From a virus: a stretch of DNA of 64,000 nt. Below, piece after piece: positions 20,817 through 31,859 of the stretch. The position numbers and the translations under genes are program-made. Within the stretch, counting starts at the first letter, position 1, and every line of letters begins with the position of its first letter. The stretch is taken from positions 28,627 through 92,626 of IMG/VR virus record IMGVR_UViG_3300028840_006004; one strand, given 5' to 3'. Below the pieces are notes generated by a model that was not told where the DNA came from, searched no databases, and saw nothing but the letters and a program-made list of their open reading frames with translations.

Positions 20817-21483
20817 CTCTTTCTTTTTGTTTTGGTGGTTGAGCCAAAACTCTTTGCGCATCACTGATCAGGTCAGGAGGAAATCCCAACGCTTGACCAA
20901 TATGTTGTACAGTTAATATTTCCAGGTTCCTTTCGGAAGGTGTAGGGAATTCATCATCAGCACTCCAGCTACTCACCTGCCGTGGATCTCTCCATAACCC
21001 ATTTACGTTAACATATTTTTGTCCTGCAATATCAGATTTTCTGAATAGCAGGTATTCTCTTGAAAAAGCAAAGGAAGGTTTCGGAAGATCTAAGTACCCG
21101 GTAGGGCCTCTCAGGAGGCTTTTAAGCGACTTTTCTACAAAGAGGACCGAGTAATCAACATTGGAAACGAAATCAATCGCTTTACCCTTTAATCCGCTGA
21201 TCAACGGCTTTAAGTCTGCATAACAGAACAGGGTGTGATTGTTGATTGAGATACCTTCGATCTCGAATGACTGATTGAATGATTTAATTTCGAGTTTCTC
21301 ATCCAGCATATACAAAGTCTGATCAAGCCGGCGTTCATCGTTTGCCTTCCTGATCAGTGTCATATTCTGAGTGATGAGTTGATCCTCTATCCAAAGATTT
21401 GTAATAGGAAAATCGTCTGTATGATTGAAACTTGATACTGCTTCAAGTACACTATAAGTTAACTCTTTCAATGATTTTGACAT
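20806..21483 (-). CDS. Ring/head-tail connector protein
   Basis: VNVNGLWRDPRQV...DEFP...PPDLISDA, typical of crAss ring proteins. Confidence 0.7.
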   Translation of the reverse strand: MSKSLKELTYSVLEAVSSFNHTDDFPITNLWIEDQLITQNMTLIRKANDERRLDQTLYMLDEKLEIKSFNQSFEIEGISINNHTLFCYADLKPLISGLKGKAIDFVSNVDYSVLFVEKSLKSLLRGPTGYLDLPKPSFAFSREYLLFRKSDIAGQKYVNVNGLWRDPRQVSSWSADDEFPTPSERNLEILTVQHIGQALGFPPDLISDAQRVLAQPPKQKERDAD

Positions 21484-21496
21484 AGCTGCAGATTTG

Positions 21497-21530
21497 AAAA
21501 AAGGGTGGGCGAAATATTCCGTCCACCCTT
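21497..21530 (-). terminator. Intrinsic terminator after the capsid operon
   Basis: Minus strand AAGGGTGGACG-loop-CGCCCACCCTT followed by a T-run. Confidence 0.8.
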
Positions 21531-21553
21531 AAATTACGAAATTAAACTATCGT

Positions 21554-22906
21554 TTATACGGCTGCAGCCCAGGCATCAAATAATGTCTTCAGGTCAGCAA
21601 CACAACCGGCGACACCAGTGGTGGCACCGTTGTCAGCAACATATAGAACGAGCCCGTTAAGGTAATCGTTTCCATGTGAAGCTCCGTGCATATTCCCGAC
21701 TGATTGCGTGGTCTTCAGAATAAACTTAGACCAGTTGTACACATTAGCCGGTTTCTCCTTAGCCCAGTGATTACTCAGCGGAACATCGTGTCCCATGTGA
21801 GTGAATTCACGATACACATCTTTCCATGGCATTAATTCAAATGCTCCCTGGACTTCAATGGTGGCTACACCATCAACTTCCTGTAATTGGAAAGTGGTTT
21901 CATCCTGGTACTCATCCTTGGTTACTAAATGGATGCTATGCTCAACCAGAGTTTCAGCTCCGGGAACGTGAACGATAAATCCGTAACCAGGATTAGTAAT
22001 ACCGGCAGCGCGGTTGACTACTGTTTCTGGCTCTGCAGCAACAGTAACGGTAGCGCCAGCGGCATTTGTCCATGGCTGACTTACAGTAAGCACGGTATTC
22101 ACGGCTCCAACCTCAATTTTGGTAATAACCTGAGAAGCTGGAGTAGCTACACCAATGGTCAATTCCTGTCCAACATACAATGACGCGGCAAACGCATTGG
22201 TCATTGTTAAGGTATTATCACCAATAACTGTATTACCTACAGTAGCAACACCAGCTTTTACGAGCGGGCTGTCAATGTAAGCAGCGGCAGCGGCAAGGGT
22301 AACTCCATAAAGACCTGCAGCTGGAATATCAAATGTACCGGCAGCTACAGTACCGCTGAACTCCATTCTCACGGTAGGCTCAACGATCGCCTCAACATTT
22401 CCTTGCATGTGACCGTTGTAACGGCCAGCGTCATCAGTGATTTGCTGTGAGATGTCCTCGTAGGCTCTCATTACATCAAGATCGGAAATATATCCGCCTG
22501 ATAATGGATCAAGTGCTTTAAATTTATGAGAATAAGTACGGAGCTGACCATACAGATTATCATTCATAACACCAGGTTTGCGGTTAATTGCTTTCACAAT
22601 AAAACCAAGTTCGTGATCGCATTCGTCACATGGACCACGATCATCAAGAACAGCTTTTATCATTCTTGCGATTGAATCTTCGTGATCTACCTGAACTACG
22701 GTAGCTCCGCGAGCTGCTCCGCCAGGGATATAATCGCCCGAACCCTCAATAAAGAGAACGCTTGCGGCTACAACGCCTGGATTAATACCGGCATCAACAA
22801 CGAGCCTGAACTCCTGTGGTGCCACTCCTGGGTTTGCAATGATCCCAAAAGAATTCCTGAATTGTTTGTTTTCAGGATAAGTTAAATTTCCTCCGTATCC
22901 TTTCAT
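21554..22906 (-). CDS. Auxiliary capsid/decoration protein (450 aa) with Ala/Thr/Val-rich beta insertion
   Basis: Last gene before the terminator in the MCP operon; structural composition; syntenic with the crAss auxiliary capsid gene. Confidence 0.6.
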   Translation of the reverse strand: MKGYGGNLTYPENKQFRNSFGIIANPGVAPQEFRLVVDAGINPGVVAASVLFIEGSGDYIPGGAARGATVVQVDHEDSIARMIKAVLDDRGPCDECDHELGFIVKAINRKPGVMNDNLYGQLRTYSHKFKALDPLSGGYISDLDVMRAYEDISQQITDDAGRYNGHMQGNVEAIVEPTVRMEFSGTVAAGTFDIPAAGLYGVTLAAAAAYIDSPLVKAGVATVGNTVIGDNTLTMTNAFAASLYVGQELTIGVATPASQVITKIEVGAVNTVLTVSQPWTNAAGATVTVAAEPETVVNRAAGITNPGYGFIVHVPGAETLVEHSIHLVTKDEYQDETTFQLQEVDGVATIEVQGAFELMPWKDVYREFTHMGHDVPLSNHWAKEKPANVYNWSKFILKTTQSVGNMHGASHGNDYLNGLVLYVADNGATTGVAGCVADLKTLFDAWAAAV

Positions 22907-22992
22907 TTTTTCTTTTTTTAAGGATAAATAAATCTATTTAGTTACCGTTGCGTTTATAAAAACGTCTTCCATCTGGGCACTAACTGTCTGTA

Positions 22993-23721
22993 TTATTTAG
23001 GTATCGAACCCTTGACTGGTATTGCAGTCTGTAAACGAGGATTCTCGACCACTTCAAGATATTGCACTACTGCAAGATCAACTATTTCTTTATTTTGTGC
23101 GGGTTTAAAACTTCCTGCTTCATCTACTCCGTCACCGTATTTGATCTCATCGGGATAACTGTAATATTCGAGTATCAATCGGTTGAACTCCTTTTCCTTT
23201 GATATCCCATATATATAACCTCCACGATTCTCGAAATACATCCAGGTTTCATCATCTGGCTGACGATAAGGATTGTCCTTCCGGACAACCCTGTTATCAG
23301 CTCTAAGAATCTTTCCTGGTACCTGATAATTCAAAGAAATAACAACGCTATTAGGGACTCCCCTAATATCATCGTCACCATCATCAACAGCATCACTGTT
23401 AATGTTGCCAAACTCCGCTGATAAGCCATGCATATAAGCAGGATGATCTTCTGAACTGTAAGGTATTTGAAAAATATTCGAGATATTGTTGAAAGCTTTT
23501 ATATATGGATACTGGCGACCATCGGTGAGGACTTTGATAGCCTCCAGGTCGTCAATACGCTTCTGAGTAAATTCATTTTCTGGCAATTTTGTTTTTATCC
23601 AATCAATTACGACAGGATTAATAAAATCAGTCCACCTCTGAGGTGTAATGACTATCGTTCTCGTTTTCCTGATTTCTTGCAGGAAATACTTGAACATTTT
23701 TTCGCCAGTGTCCAGTATCAT
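22993..23721 (-). CDS. Ring protein (crAss head-tail connector family)
   Basis: EFTQKRIDDL, DNPYRQP, LEYYSYP, EIVDLAV..YLE..ENPR. Confidence 0.75.
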   Translation of the reverse strand: MILDTGEKMFKYFLQEIRKTRTIVITPQRWTDFINPVVIDWIKTKLPENEFTQKRIDDLEAIKVLTDGRQYPYIKAFNNISNIFQIPYSSEDHPAYMHGLSAEFGNINSDAVDDGDDDIRGVPNSVVISLNYQVPGKILRADNRVVRKDNPYRQPDDETWMYFENRGGYIYGISKEKEFNRLILEYYSYPDEIKYGDGVDEAGSFKPAQNKEIVDLAVVQYLEVVENPRLQTAIPVKGSIPK

Positions 23722-23722
23722 T

Positions 23723-24571
23723 TTAAGCCTCTATTTTTGCTTTCATTTCTTCCAATAAACGTCCCCATTTTGACACACTCGAATCATTATCTCTCTTGGC
23801 AATGAAGCGAAGGAATTCAGTTGAATCAGAGCAAATGAATTTCTGACCATCATAATATCCGTCAGGACGGCGGGCAAGGATCTTTTTCTCTACCAATTGG
23901 GAGAAGAAAATAAGATCTTTACCTTGTTCTGAGAATATTCTTACGATCGAAGCAGGATCCCGCTCGGCTTGTTTGAGCAGAACCTCTTTGAGCCTGTTTG
24001 AATTCATTGGCCTCCAGTCAACATGGAAACCCTGTACTGAAAGGTTTAAAGCCATTACAAGTTCTGAGTACTCACTAACATTAGCCTCCTCGTGAATCTT
24101 CTTCTGAGCCGCGTAGACTTCATCGGCCTGTGAAACAAAGAGCTTGGCAGCCTCTTCTTTATCATCGAGATAAAACTTGTGCGTTGACTGTGCTTTAGCT
24201 TCAGTCGGCGCAACCAGGCTTGTCTGCTCAATAATAAATTGTGCCTCCCAATAATCTTTGGGATTCACCGGTATACCCTTGTCGTCTAACCGACAATCGT
24301 ATGGCTTGTTATGAATAATCAGAACAGTAGTATGCTGATCTATCCTGGGCGAGAATTTAGCCTTTCTTGCTTTAGGAGCGACTTCAATCTCTCCGATGAT
24401 CTCTTCTTGAGTCAGAAAACCTGTTCTATCCGGATCTGATGGATCAGCATGCTGTCCTGTAACGTAAATGTTCAACTTTGTGTCTAACGGTGCTACTGCA
24501 GGATAGGGTGTTGAACGATACTTCCTATCGTGTGCAATGAAGCGTACAATCTTTCCGTCTAATTTTCTCAT
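23723..24571 (-). CDS. Conserved crAss-like protein downstream of MCP
   Basis: Position; KFYLDDKEEAA and AERDP patterns. Confidence 0.65.
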   Translation of the reverse strand: MRKLDGKIVRFIAHDRKYRSTPYPAVAPLDTKLNIYVTGQHADPSDPDRTGFLTQEEIIGEIEVAPKARKAKFSPRIDQHTTVLIIHNKPYDCRLDDKGIPVNPKDYWEAQFIIEQTSLVAPTEAKAQSTHKFYLDDKEEAAKLFVSQADEVYAAQKKIHEEANVSEYSELVMALNLSVQGFHVDWRPMNSNRLKEVLLKQAERDPASIVRIFSEQGKDLIFFSQLVEKKILARRPDGYYDGQKFICSDSTEFLRFIAKRDNDSSVSKWGRLLEEMKAKIEA

Positions 24572-24613
24572 TTTTTCTCTGTTAATCTAAGTTATAATTA
24601 AAATAATCAACTA

Positions 24614-26086
24614 CTATGAGTTGTAAGGTCTGAATATACGATAAATTTTGTGACGTGAAATAATACCTGACTGTACAAGTACATGTTTTGAGGTACCATC
24701 AACTGAAGAAGCCATTTCACCACCTTTGTCAATACCGCTCACGGTACCAGACTTAGCTGGACGAAGCTGGATCAATTCCAGTCCTTTGTCACCTGTTTCA
24801 GTCATTCCCATAGGAACAACGAAACCGTCCCATGAACCTTTGGTAGATCCATCAGACAAATATTTGTTTGGACGCTCAATTGAGTCGAACCAGCGAATGC
24901 GTTTTGGAATGATGCGAACATCACCATACTGATAGTATGCGTAGTCCATATTAACGCCTTTGTCAGAACCGTCACCAACAACATTGTTATTCTGTGTGAC
25001 AAAACCTTTGTCGGCCATATAATCAGCAAATCCCTGGATCAGCTCCCATCCACCTGCAAGCAGGACTTCTTTATGCCCGTCTTTACCGGCACGAATGTCG
25101 ATATCACGTAGCAATCCATGGAGGAATTTCTGTGTCCAGCCATTCATCGGTTTGTCATAAGCACCTTCACCTTGGTACAACAGTCCGTCACCACCCATGA
25201 TCTCACGACCACGTTTGTCTTTCAGGATTGTTTCACCGTCAACTGTTACAGTTGAACGACCAAAGATCATTTGGTACTCGTGATACGCTGCAATGCGTTT
25301 CCACATTGTTTTCTCAGCATAATCGATGTAACCGGTAACATTTTGACCTTTCGCATTCTGGAAAGCATACCAGGAAGCATCAGCACCCATAGCAGCTGCG
25401 GTACCTGAATAGCTCATCTTAACCCTTTGCAGAGTCATGTAAGCGTGTCCCCAACCATCATAAGTATACTTCTCGTGGCCTGTTTCTGAAAAGTCGTGCT
25501 CATACATGGTCATACCAACACCTGTTTCATTTCCTTCTTCGAAGAGAGCAGTATTAAATGAATCGGATTTTTCGTTGGTGACAAGCTTGATAGCATAGAT
25601 CCATGCACCATTGACCTCAATCGGTTCTTCATGGTCATAAATGAATCCTTTGGTTTCGTTATCATTGAACTCAAGAACTTCATTTGGGCGAGCCCAGTTC
25701 GAGTCAAGAGCAATATAAACAACGGATTGGTATTTACCTGGCTCAGTTGTATAAGCTGGGCAATAATATGTGGCTGATGCAGCTCCACCAACTACTGTCA
25801 TGTCGGCTGCGATCAGACGAGGTTTACGAACATCACTGTTCTTGATTGGATACATTACATGGTTACTCTTAACCACGCGATATGCGCTTGTGTTCATTCC
25901 GTCCACAAGACCTTTCGATGTCAGCCCTTTGGCTGCAAGCAGCGCTGATAAAGGAGCTTCTTCATCTGCAAAAACCTGCCACACACGAGGGAGTACATCA
26001 GGATTGTTAACCGCGGCACGAATCAGGGAATACGAACTTATACTCTCACCTGCAACGTCTAACGGTTGACCTGGTAATAATCTCAT
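24614..26086 (-). CDS. Major capsid protein (crAss-like, HK97 fold)
   Basis: 490 aa; YEHDFSETG, MTLQRVKMSYSGTA, GREIMGGDGLLYQ; follows portal and scaffold; ends TAG TAG. Confidence 0.9.
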   Translation of the reverse strand: MRLLPGQPLDVAGESISSYSLIRAAVNNPDVLPRVWQVFADEEAPLSALLAAKGLTSKGLVDGMNTSAYRVVKSNHVMYPIKNSDVRKPRLIAADMTVVGGAASATYYCPAYTTEPGKYQSVVYIALDSNWARPNEVLEFNDNETKGFIYDHEEPIEVNGAWIYAIKLVTNEKSDSFNTALFEEGNETGVGMTMYEHDFSETGHEKYTYDGWGHAYMTLQRVKMSYSGTAAAMGADASWYAFQNAKGQNVTGYIDYAEKTMWKRIAAYHEYQMIFGRSTVTVDGETILKDKRGREIMGGDGLLYQGEGAYDKPMNGWTQKFLHGLLRDIDIRAGKDGHKEVLLAGGWELIQGFADYMADKGFVTQNNNVVGDGSDKGVNMDYAYYQYGDVRIIPKRIRWFDSIERPNKYLSDGSTKGSWDGFVVPMGMTETGDKGLELIQLRPAKSGTVSGIDKGGEMASSVDGTSKHVLVQSGIISRHKIYRIFRPYNS

Positions 26087-26109
26087 TTTTTTAAGATTTA
26101 AAAATTAAA

Positions 26110-27141
26110 TTAAGCAAAATCCTCCGGCTTCGGAACTGCAACTGTATGCAGCGAGCCATCTTGTTTTCTTGGAGCAAGTCTGGTTTTGTCTAATAATTCT
26201 TGCTTATACTCTTCTTTGAAGTTGCTGAGAAAATTCTTCAGCCCTCCCTCACTCTGTTTCAATTTATGATAAATGAAAAGAGTGTCATATAAGACTTCAT
26301 CATCACTGAATAATTCGCGTGTCCTGGAGTAACCTGTTTCAGGATTAATCTCAACAGCATCAGTGAAAATTTGTTTGAACGCTTCCTGTTCCTGTGGCGT
26401 GTGTGGAATTCCTCCGATATCCGTAGCGGAAGCTTTTTTTGCGAACAGCGCATCGACTGTCTGTTTCACCGTAGTAGCATTTGCTTTCTCAGCTTCAACC
26501 CGGATATTCTCCGATAACTTTGCCTGGTGCTTTTCGTTTTCCAGGTCAATGTTTTGATATAACTGATTTTTACGCTCATTGGCTTTCGTATCCCTGTCAA
26601 TGGGGTTCATATTGTCTACATAGGATTCAACATCTTCCCTGGTCCATCCATTAGGATTTTCCTCTGTTTTTCCATTTTCTTGAATCAAACTCTGAATGAG
26701 AAAATCTCTGCTCGGCATTGCTTTTACCGTTTCGGCAAGCATTTGCTGACGGATAAACTCTTCAGAATTTAAGCCTTGTTCTTTTGCCTTGTTATAAGAC
26801 TGAACAAATGGATCATCAGTTGAAGATGTTACCCCGCTGGTAACATTCTGTTTAAAAAAATCATACTGCTCCTGAGGTGACATTGTTGAAAAGTTTTCAG
26901 GGAGAGTAAACTCTTTCCCATTAATTTTCATGTCATTCAAAAACGCAGTATTAAAGTCTGCAGCCGGTGTTGGATCCGCTGGCGGGTCTTTTGGCGGGTC
27001 TGCGGGTGGAGTTGCCGGTGGATTAGCTGGTGGGCTTGCCGGCGATGTTGGATTAGGATCTGGTGTCGGCGGATTTGCCGGGCCTGGAGGCTGTGGTCCG
27101 TTAATGGACTCCTCAATAGAAATAAATTTACTTCCTTCCAT
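26110..27141 (-). CDS. Putative scaffolding protein with Pro-rich N-terminus
   Basis: Between portal and MCP; acidic, helical, (PPA/DP)n low-complexity tract. Confidence 0.65.
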   Translation of the reverse strand: MEGSKFISIEESINGPQPPGPANPPTPDPNPTSPASPPANPPATPPADPPKDPPADPTPAADFNTAFLNDMKINGKEFTLPENFSTMSPQEQYDFFKQNVTSGVTSSTDDPFVQSYNKAKEQGLNSEEFIRQQMLAETVKAMPSRDFLIQSLIQENGKTEENPNGWTREDVESYVDNMNPIDRDTKANERKNQLYQNIDLENEKHQAKLSENIRVEAEKANATTVKQTVDALFAKKASATDIGGIPHTPQEQEAFKQIFTDAVEINPETGYSRTRELFSDDEVLYDTLFIYHKLKQSEGGLKNFLSNFKEEYKQELLDKTRLAPRKQDGSLHTVAVPKPEDFA

Positions 27142-27145
27142 GGTA

Positions 27146-27180
27146 CAAAATTAATTTAAAATTTAAAAAATATCAATAAG
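27146..27180 (-). promoter_or_regulatory. Bacteroidota sigma-A-type promoter (ATTG-N20-TAATTTTG) for the scaffold/MCP operon
   Basis: TAATTTTG at 27146-27153, 4 nt before the ATG; ATTG at 27174-27177. Confidence 0.65.
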
Positions 27181-27197
27181 TGTCATAATTTATAATT

Positions 27198-29750
27198 TTA
27201 ACCAACCTGAATGCCTCTCGACACTCCAGTTGTTTTTAACAATGCTTCTAATTGTAATTCGGAAGTTTTCAAGATCTCATCTGCCCTGTTTGCTCTTTCA
27301 ACTTCTGACTGCTTACGATCTTCAGCCATTATATCGCTCGCGTCTTTATTTGCTTTTAGTGCAGTATCGCTCGCATCCTTCTGGATTTTTGCATCTGTTT
27401 CTCTCTCCTTGATATCGAGTTCGCGGTTCTTCAGATATTCATCGATTTTTATCTTGGCTTCCTGCAGTTTGGTTTCCATTGCTTTCATCTGAGCCTCGAA
27501 CTGTTGTTCCATTGCAGTTTGCTTTTCTTTTGCTTTCGCCTCAGCCTCGATTGTGCCAAGCGCATTCAATCTTGCGATTTCCTGCTGTTTCTCTGTCTGC
27601 AACTCAACCAGGTGCTCCATTTCTTTAATAGAATCAATGGAAAATATATTGAATAGAAATTCAAATGGAAGATTTCCGTTTGCAGTCATTTGAGCTGACA
27701 TGCGTTTAAGTTCATCAAGGTCCATATCCTGTTTTGATGAATTCAAAAGCTTCATTCGGAATTTTCTGTCAGGCATATCCCAGGGAATCCTGATTAGTTC
27801 AGTTTCTTCATCGGATACATCAACAACCTGGTTTGGCTTATATCCATACTGCATGGCCAGATTAAGTAACGCTTCTTGTGCCTTGATCTCAATCTGGTCA
27901 TGTTCAGCATAGAGGATCTCTGTAACCAACGCAGCCTGACGGTTGCTTTGATCAAAAGTTCCAACTTGGTCTGTTGCTTGCACTTCTCCTTGCCGTTGAC
28001 GTGGCACACCCATTATAGTACCAATTTGGTATTCGATGCCCTGCAAGATTGCCTCGAAATACTGAATTGAATTGGTTAGCGTCTGATCTACACGGCTGAA
28101 TTGATTATATGAAAGATTTTTCCTTGCTCCTGTTTTTGTTAAAGTCTGAATTAGGTAACGGCCAAGCTTCATGTGATAAAACCATTCTTCTTTAGTCATA
28201 CCATCAGGTTTCTGGCTGAGGTCAAAGACAACACCAGAAGCACCTGCGAGAGCGAATGTCAGTTCCCTATGGTATGTTACTATCCAGTACTGTTTTTGCA
28301 GTTCTGTCGTGGCCCATATAATTGAATAAGGAAACTCACCGATACCATTATATGTTCTGCCGACTATCGGCAATGGAGTGTAGTGGTAATTGTCGTGAGG
28401 ATGTGGCTGAACCATATCCTCTCCTTCTAAAAGAAGAACATTTCCAATATTTACTCCCCAGTATCGTTTATCAAAATACCTGGTTTCCTTAGTTTGTCCT
28501 TTGGATGAGTTATAGGTTTTTACTTCATCTTTTTTTCTTTCGATGCCTGTCTTTTTATCCCGGTAAATATTTTCTTTCTGATCAAATTCGTTTTCCTGGG
28601 TATCGATCAGATCCCTGTCGGTAACGAACATTGTAAGCTTTTGATCTTTGTTGTATTTATTTGGTGATTGAATTGCCTCGAGCTTTTGATCACATCTCCA
28701 CCATACCTGACGTACACGGATACCTTCTCCGGTAATATTGTATTTGCGGGACTGGTCATCTCTTTTGTTATCAAGAACAACAACCTGTCCAGGACCAGTA
28801 ACGAATGCTCCCTGCTGGGAACTTTCGATAAAGGATATTCCATCGAGCGTTTTCAATTGAGTTGCATCAAGATTCCAGTTGTTGCGGATCTGCTCTTTGG
28901 TCATGTGGGACTCAACCATAATCCAGGGAAGATCCTGTGTCCATTTGATTGATTCGATATTTGGATAATAAACACGATATGGGTTAACCGCAGCATATTC
29001 GAGCTCATCTAACCTGGCATTGTAATTCACATAATAATACTCCCTTCCAACAACAACCTTATTTCTCATATTCTCAAGGCTGACATCTTTGGCATCCATT
29101 TCCTCGCGTATTTTCACCAATAATTTATGAGCATATACCTCATATAAATCCTGATAATCGTCTTTTATCTTGTTTTGAAATTTATCATGCTCTTCTTTAG
29201 TCAACTCCATTGCCGTTGTCATATTATCAGTAACAAGTTGTATGTTGAACTTAATCTGAGGAAGAGCTTCGCGAATCATGGATTGCTGCTGTTGAATTTC
29301 TGCATTTTCAGCTGGCTCTTGAAGAACCTGCTCCATTTGAGCTACTTGTTGATTTAATTGCGTGATTTGAAATTCTATTGTGCGATATTTTTGGTTTAGA
29401 AGAGATGTGTACATCATCATCATTGCCTTGTAAAGCCGGCTGATCTTTTCGTTGATCCCATGCTTATCGATGATTCTTATACCGTATCGTGGATTTCGTA
29501 AGGATTGTTGTGATAGCAGGATATTTGCCTTAGATCGTTGTATTGGAATTCTGCGGATCTTTGCCGGTAATGAGAATTCACCGACCTGGGTAAGAAAAGT
29601 AAATTCCTGTTCATCACCCGTATTATTAAACATTTGCCAGCATTCATCATCCCGGGCCCTTAAATAACTATTGTCTACTCTTTCAGTAAGCTGTTTGACG
29701 ACTTTTTTCCTGCCGTCAGAGGTTTTGGATAATTTTTCAATATTGTCCAT
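27198..29750 (-). CDS. Portal protein (850 aa)
   Basis: PAKIRRIPIQRSKANILL, IMGVPRQRQGEV...VG, C-terminal coiled coil; follows terminase. Confidence 0.9.
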   Translation of the reverse strand: MDNIEKLSKTSDGRKKVVKQLTERVDNSYLRARDDECWQMFNNTGDEQEFTFLTQVGEFSLPAKIRRIPIQRSKANILLSQQSLRNPRYGIRIIDKHGINEKISRLYKAMMMMYTSLLNQKYRTIEFQITQLNQQVAQMEQVLQEPAENAEIQQQQSMIREALPQIKFNIQLVTDNMTTAMELTKEEHDKFQNKIKDDYQDLYEVYAHKLLVKIREEMDAKDVSLENMRNKVVVGREYYYVNYNARLDELEYAAVNPYRVYYPNIESIKWTQDLPWIMVESHMTKEQIRNNWNLDATQLKTLDGISFIESSQQGAFVTGPGQVVVLDNKRDDQSRKYNITGEGIRVRQVWWRCDQKLEAIQSPNKYNKDQKLTMFVTDRDLIDTQENEFDQKENIYRDKKTGIERKKDEVKTYNSSKGQTKETRYFDKRYWGVNIGNVLLLEGEDMVQPHPHDNYHYTPLPIVGRTYNGIGEFPYSIIWATTELQKQYWIVTYHRELTFALAGASGVVFDLSQKPDGMTKEEWFYHMKLGRYLIQTLTKTGARKNLSYNQFSRVDQTLTNSIQYFEAILQGIEYQIGTIMGVPRQRQGEVQATDQVGTFDQSNRQAALVTEILYAEHDQIEIKAQEALLNLAMQYGYKPNQVVDVSDEETELIRIPWDMPDRKFRMKLLNSSKQDMDLDELKRMSAQMTANGNLPFEFLFNIFSIDSIKEMEHLVELQTEKQQEIARLNALGTIEAEAKAKEKQTAMEQQFEAQMKAMETKLQEAKIKIDEYLKNRELDIKERETDAKIQKDASDTALKANKDASDIMAEDRKQSEVERANRADEILKTSELQLEALLKTTGVSRGIQVG

Positions 29751-29765
29751 AACTCATTTCGAGAT

Positions 29766-31859
29766 TTACCATGTTTGAACTATTTTTCCTCCTTGCATTT
29801 TGAAGACAGGCATGCCTTCATCAGCTTCAATCTCGGATTCTGAAATAACTTCCATTTCTCTAATATCTTCTGCATAGGTTTCACAAAGTGATGTAGAAAT
29901 GGTAATATCACAATTGTACCTGATCCTACCCGGTGCATATTTAAACTTAGCCCAGGCTTTCAATAACTCAGGAAACATGCATTTTTCAATATTTTCTCTC
30001 ACGTTCAGGTATTCTGCCATCATCGTAAGCCAATGTATCTTAGTCGAAGGATCAATTCCATAAAAATTGGCACCCTTTGATTTCTCGATCATCTTTGCAA
30101 GAACGAATTCAGGACGCTCTTTAAGCAGTCCTTCAAGCCCGTTTCTGATGTACCATTCTGTAATCAGAATTTTACTCCACTCAACGAGATTTTTACAAAA
30201 GTAATACATTGTTAATAGAGCTGTATGCTCGTAGAATAAATTTTTACCTCCCTCAGCTGTCTTAGGCCTTTCAACAACACCTGCTACATAAGTATTATAG
30301 GTCGATTCAGAGTTCAAGAATCTTTTTTTCACCCAACAACTTCCCTGAGATGTTGTTGTGTAGCTTTCATCCTGATCATAACTGTCAGTAGCGGCTACAT
30401 ATAAATTATGGTATGGATTTCCATCTCTATCACGAATAGGATGTTCAGCGATCATAAACGGACCTTCCGGATCAGCTTCAAAATAAACACCTTTCCATGG
30501 ATCCTTACGATCTTTCCACCTTAACCAGCCACGCTCGACAATCTGTTCTTCGCGGTGAGTCTGAATGTGAGCAAGACGCTCGTTGCACCAGTTTGCGACT
30601 TCTTCGCCGAAGAAACCACCTGTTTTGATGAGAAAAGCGTCTGATGCATAGAGCGCCTGCTGTGTGATATGAGTATAACGATCTTTTGGCTTTTTAGTCT
30701 TTCGATCTGCCAGGACTTTTTCTCTTCCAAGCTGTTTGAATGAATTACCATCGTCATCGATAATCGTAAACAGATCTGCTGGAGTAAAGTGGCCTGTCCT
30801 TGCAGTAACATTTTCATCACGGTCCCATTCGTTTTCAAAACTCAGCGCATTGATAGCATCAGGATCGTAGTGGAAATCCTGAAGATCCTGGGCACCTTCT
30901 TCCATATCACCACCGGTTCCGATATAGAGGGCGTAACCGGTCTTTACACCCTCTGCATTCAGTGAGGCTTCAACAAATTCCCTTGCTTCTTTGATCAGAC
31001 CGGCCTTCCATTTTCCTACCTCTTCGTATACAACGAAAGATGGAGAGAAACGTGAAAGGGCTTGCGCGTTATCCTTACAGGATATCGAGCGGATCTCAGA
31101 GCGGAAGTTCTTGGCCCTCCAGTAATCAGATTTATTTTTATCTCTTTCTTTATAGAATTGAGTATTGACTAATTGACGTAAGCCACGTTGGGTTCTTTCC
31201 ATGGTATAGTCAGCATCATCTGACATACCACCAGCAACAATATTGAGAGAGGATCTATGAAACGTATAGTTATATCCCAGTTTGCAGGAGAGCTTCTCTG
31301 ACATCCCCTGCTGGCGGGACTTTGCCTCTATACCGTCTTTTTCCTGTTCGACCATCATATCCAGCCTTCGCCAGAAAAAAAAATCAGTGTCCAGAAACTT
31401 TGGCGGAAGCACGTCTTTCCGCTTGGCATCATCCATCTTACGATAGATCTTCCAGAAATTTAGGTAAAAATAATGTTCGCCCGTGATGTGAACTTCTCGA
31501 TTGCGAATAAGTAAATCGTATTGCGGAATGTAGCAAGAATTTGGAGGGATTGTGTAATCGTATTTTTTAAGGTATCGTGTTTCGGTTGTGCTATCATTCC
31601 AAAAACAGTGTTTTTCGTCAACGTATGCGTCACCTCCCTTTTCAATAGCCGCTGGCACAGTATAACCCTCAACACATCTTCGATATTGTTCATTCCACCA
31701 CTCTGTATCAGTTACTATATTATGAGTTTCGATATAATCCTGATATCCTTTGGAAGTTTCAGGCACAGATTCAGGTTCATGGTGAAACAAATCGTATTCC
31801 CATGGCTTATCATCTCCAAAGATGACGGGTGAAAATCTCTTAGTGTCAACAAATCTCAT
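29766..31859 (-). CDS. terL: Terminase large subunit
   Basis: ITGEHYFYLNF, KSRQQGMS (Walker A-like), VVYEEVGKW (Walker B), IGTGGDM, AATDSYD (RNase H-like nuclease). Confidence 0.93.
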   Translation of the reverse strand: MRFVDTKRFSPVIFGDDKPWEYDLFHHEPESVPETSKGYQDYIETHNIVTDTEWWNEQYRRCVEGYTVPAAIEKGGDAYVDEKHCFWNDSTTETRYLKKYDYTIPPNSCYIPQYDLLIRNREVHITGEHYFYLNFWKIYRKMDDAKRKDVLPPKFLDTDFFFWRRLDMMVEQEKDGIEAKSRQQGMSEKLSCKLGYNYTFHRSSLNIVAGGMSDDADYTMERTQRGLRQLVNTQFYKERDKNKSDYWRAKNFRSEIRSISCKDNAQALSRFSPSFVVYEEVGKWKAGLIKEAREFVEASLNAEGVKTGYALYIGTGGDMEEGAQDLQDFHYDPDAINALSFENEWDRDENVTARTGHFTPADLFTIIDDDGNSFKQLGREKVLADRKTKKPKDRYTHITQQALYASDAFLIKTGGFFGEEVANWCNERLAHIQTHREEQIVERGWLRWKDRKDPWKGVYFEADPEGPFMIAEHPIRDRDGNPYHNLYVAATDSYDQDESYTTTSQGSCWVKKRFLNSESTYNTYVAGVVERPKTAEGGKNLFYEHTALLTMYYFCKNLVEWSKILITEWYIRNGLEGLLKERPEFVLAKMIEKSKGANFYGIDPSTKIHWLTMMAEYLNVRENIEKCMFPELLKAWAKFKYAPGRIRYNCDITISTSLCETYAEDIREMEVISESEIEADEGMPVFKMQGGKIVQTW

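Noticed and set aside
22934-22972. 12-codon mini-ORF MEDVFINATVTK between ring and auxiliary capsid genes
   Set aside because: Too short, with no coupling or compositional support.
26930-27110. GC-rich quasi-repeats as CRISPR or tandem DNA repeat
   Set aside because: Explained by the Pro/Ala-rich N-terminus of the scaffold protein; no constant repeat-spacer period.
29766-31859. Intein or intron in terminase (also considered for the helicases and MCP)
   Set aside because: Lengths are ordinary, reading frames are continuous, and no intein terminal motifs or LAGLIDADG blocks were seen.
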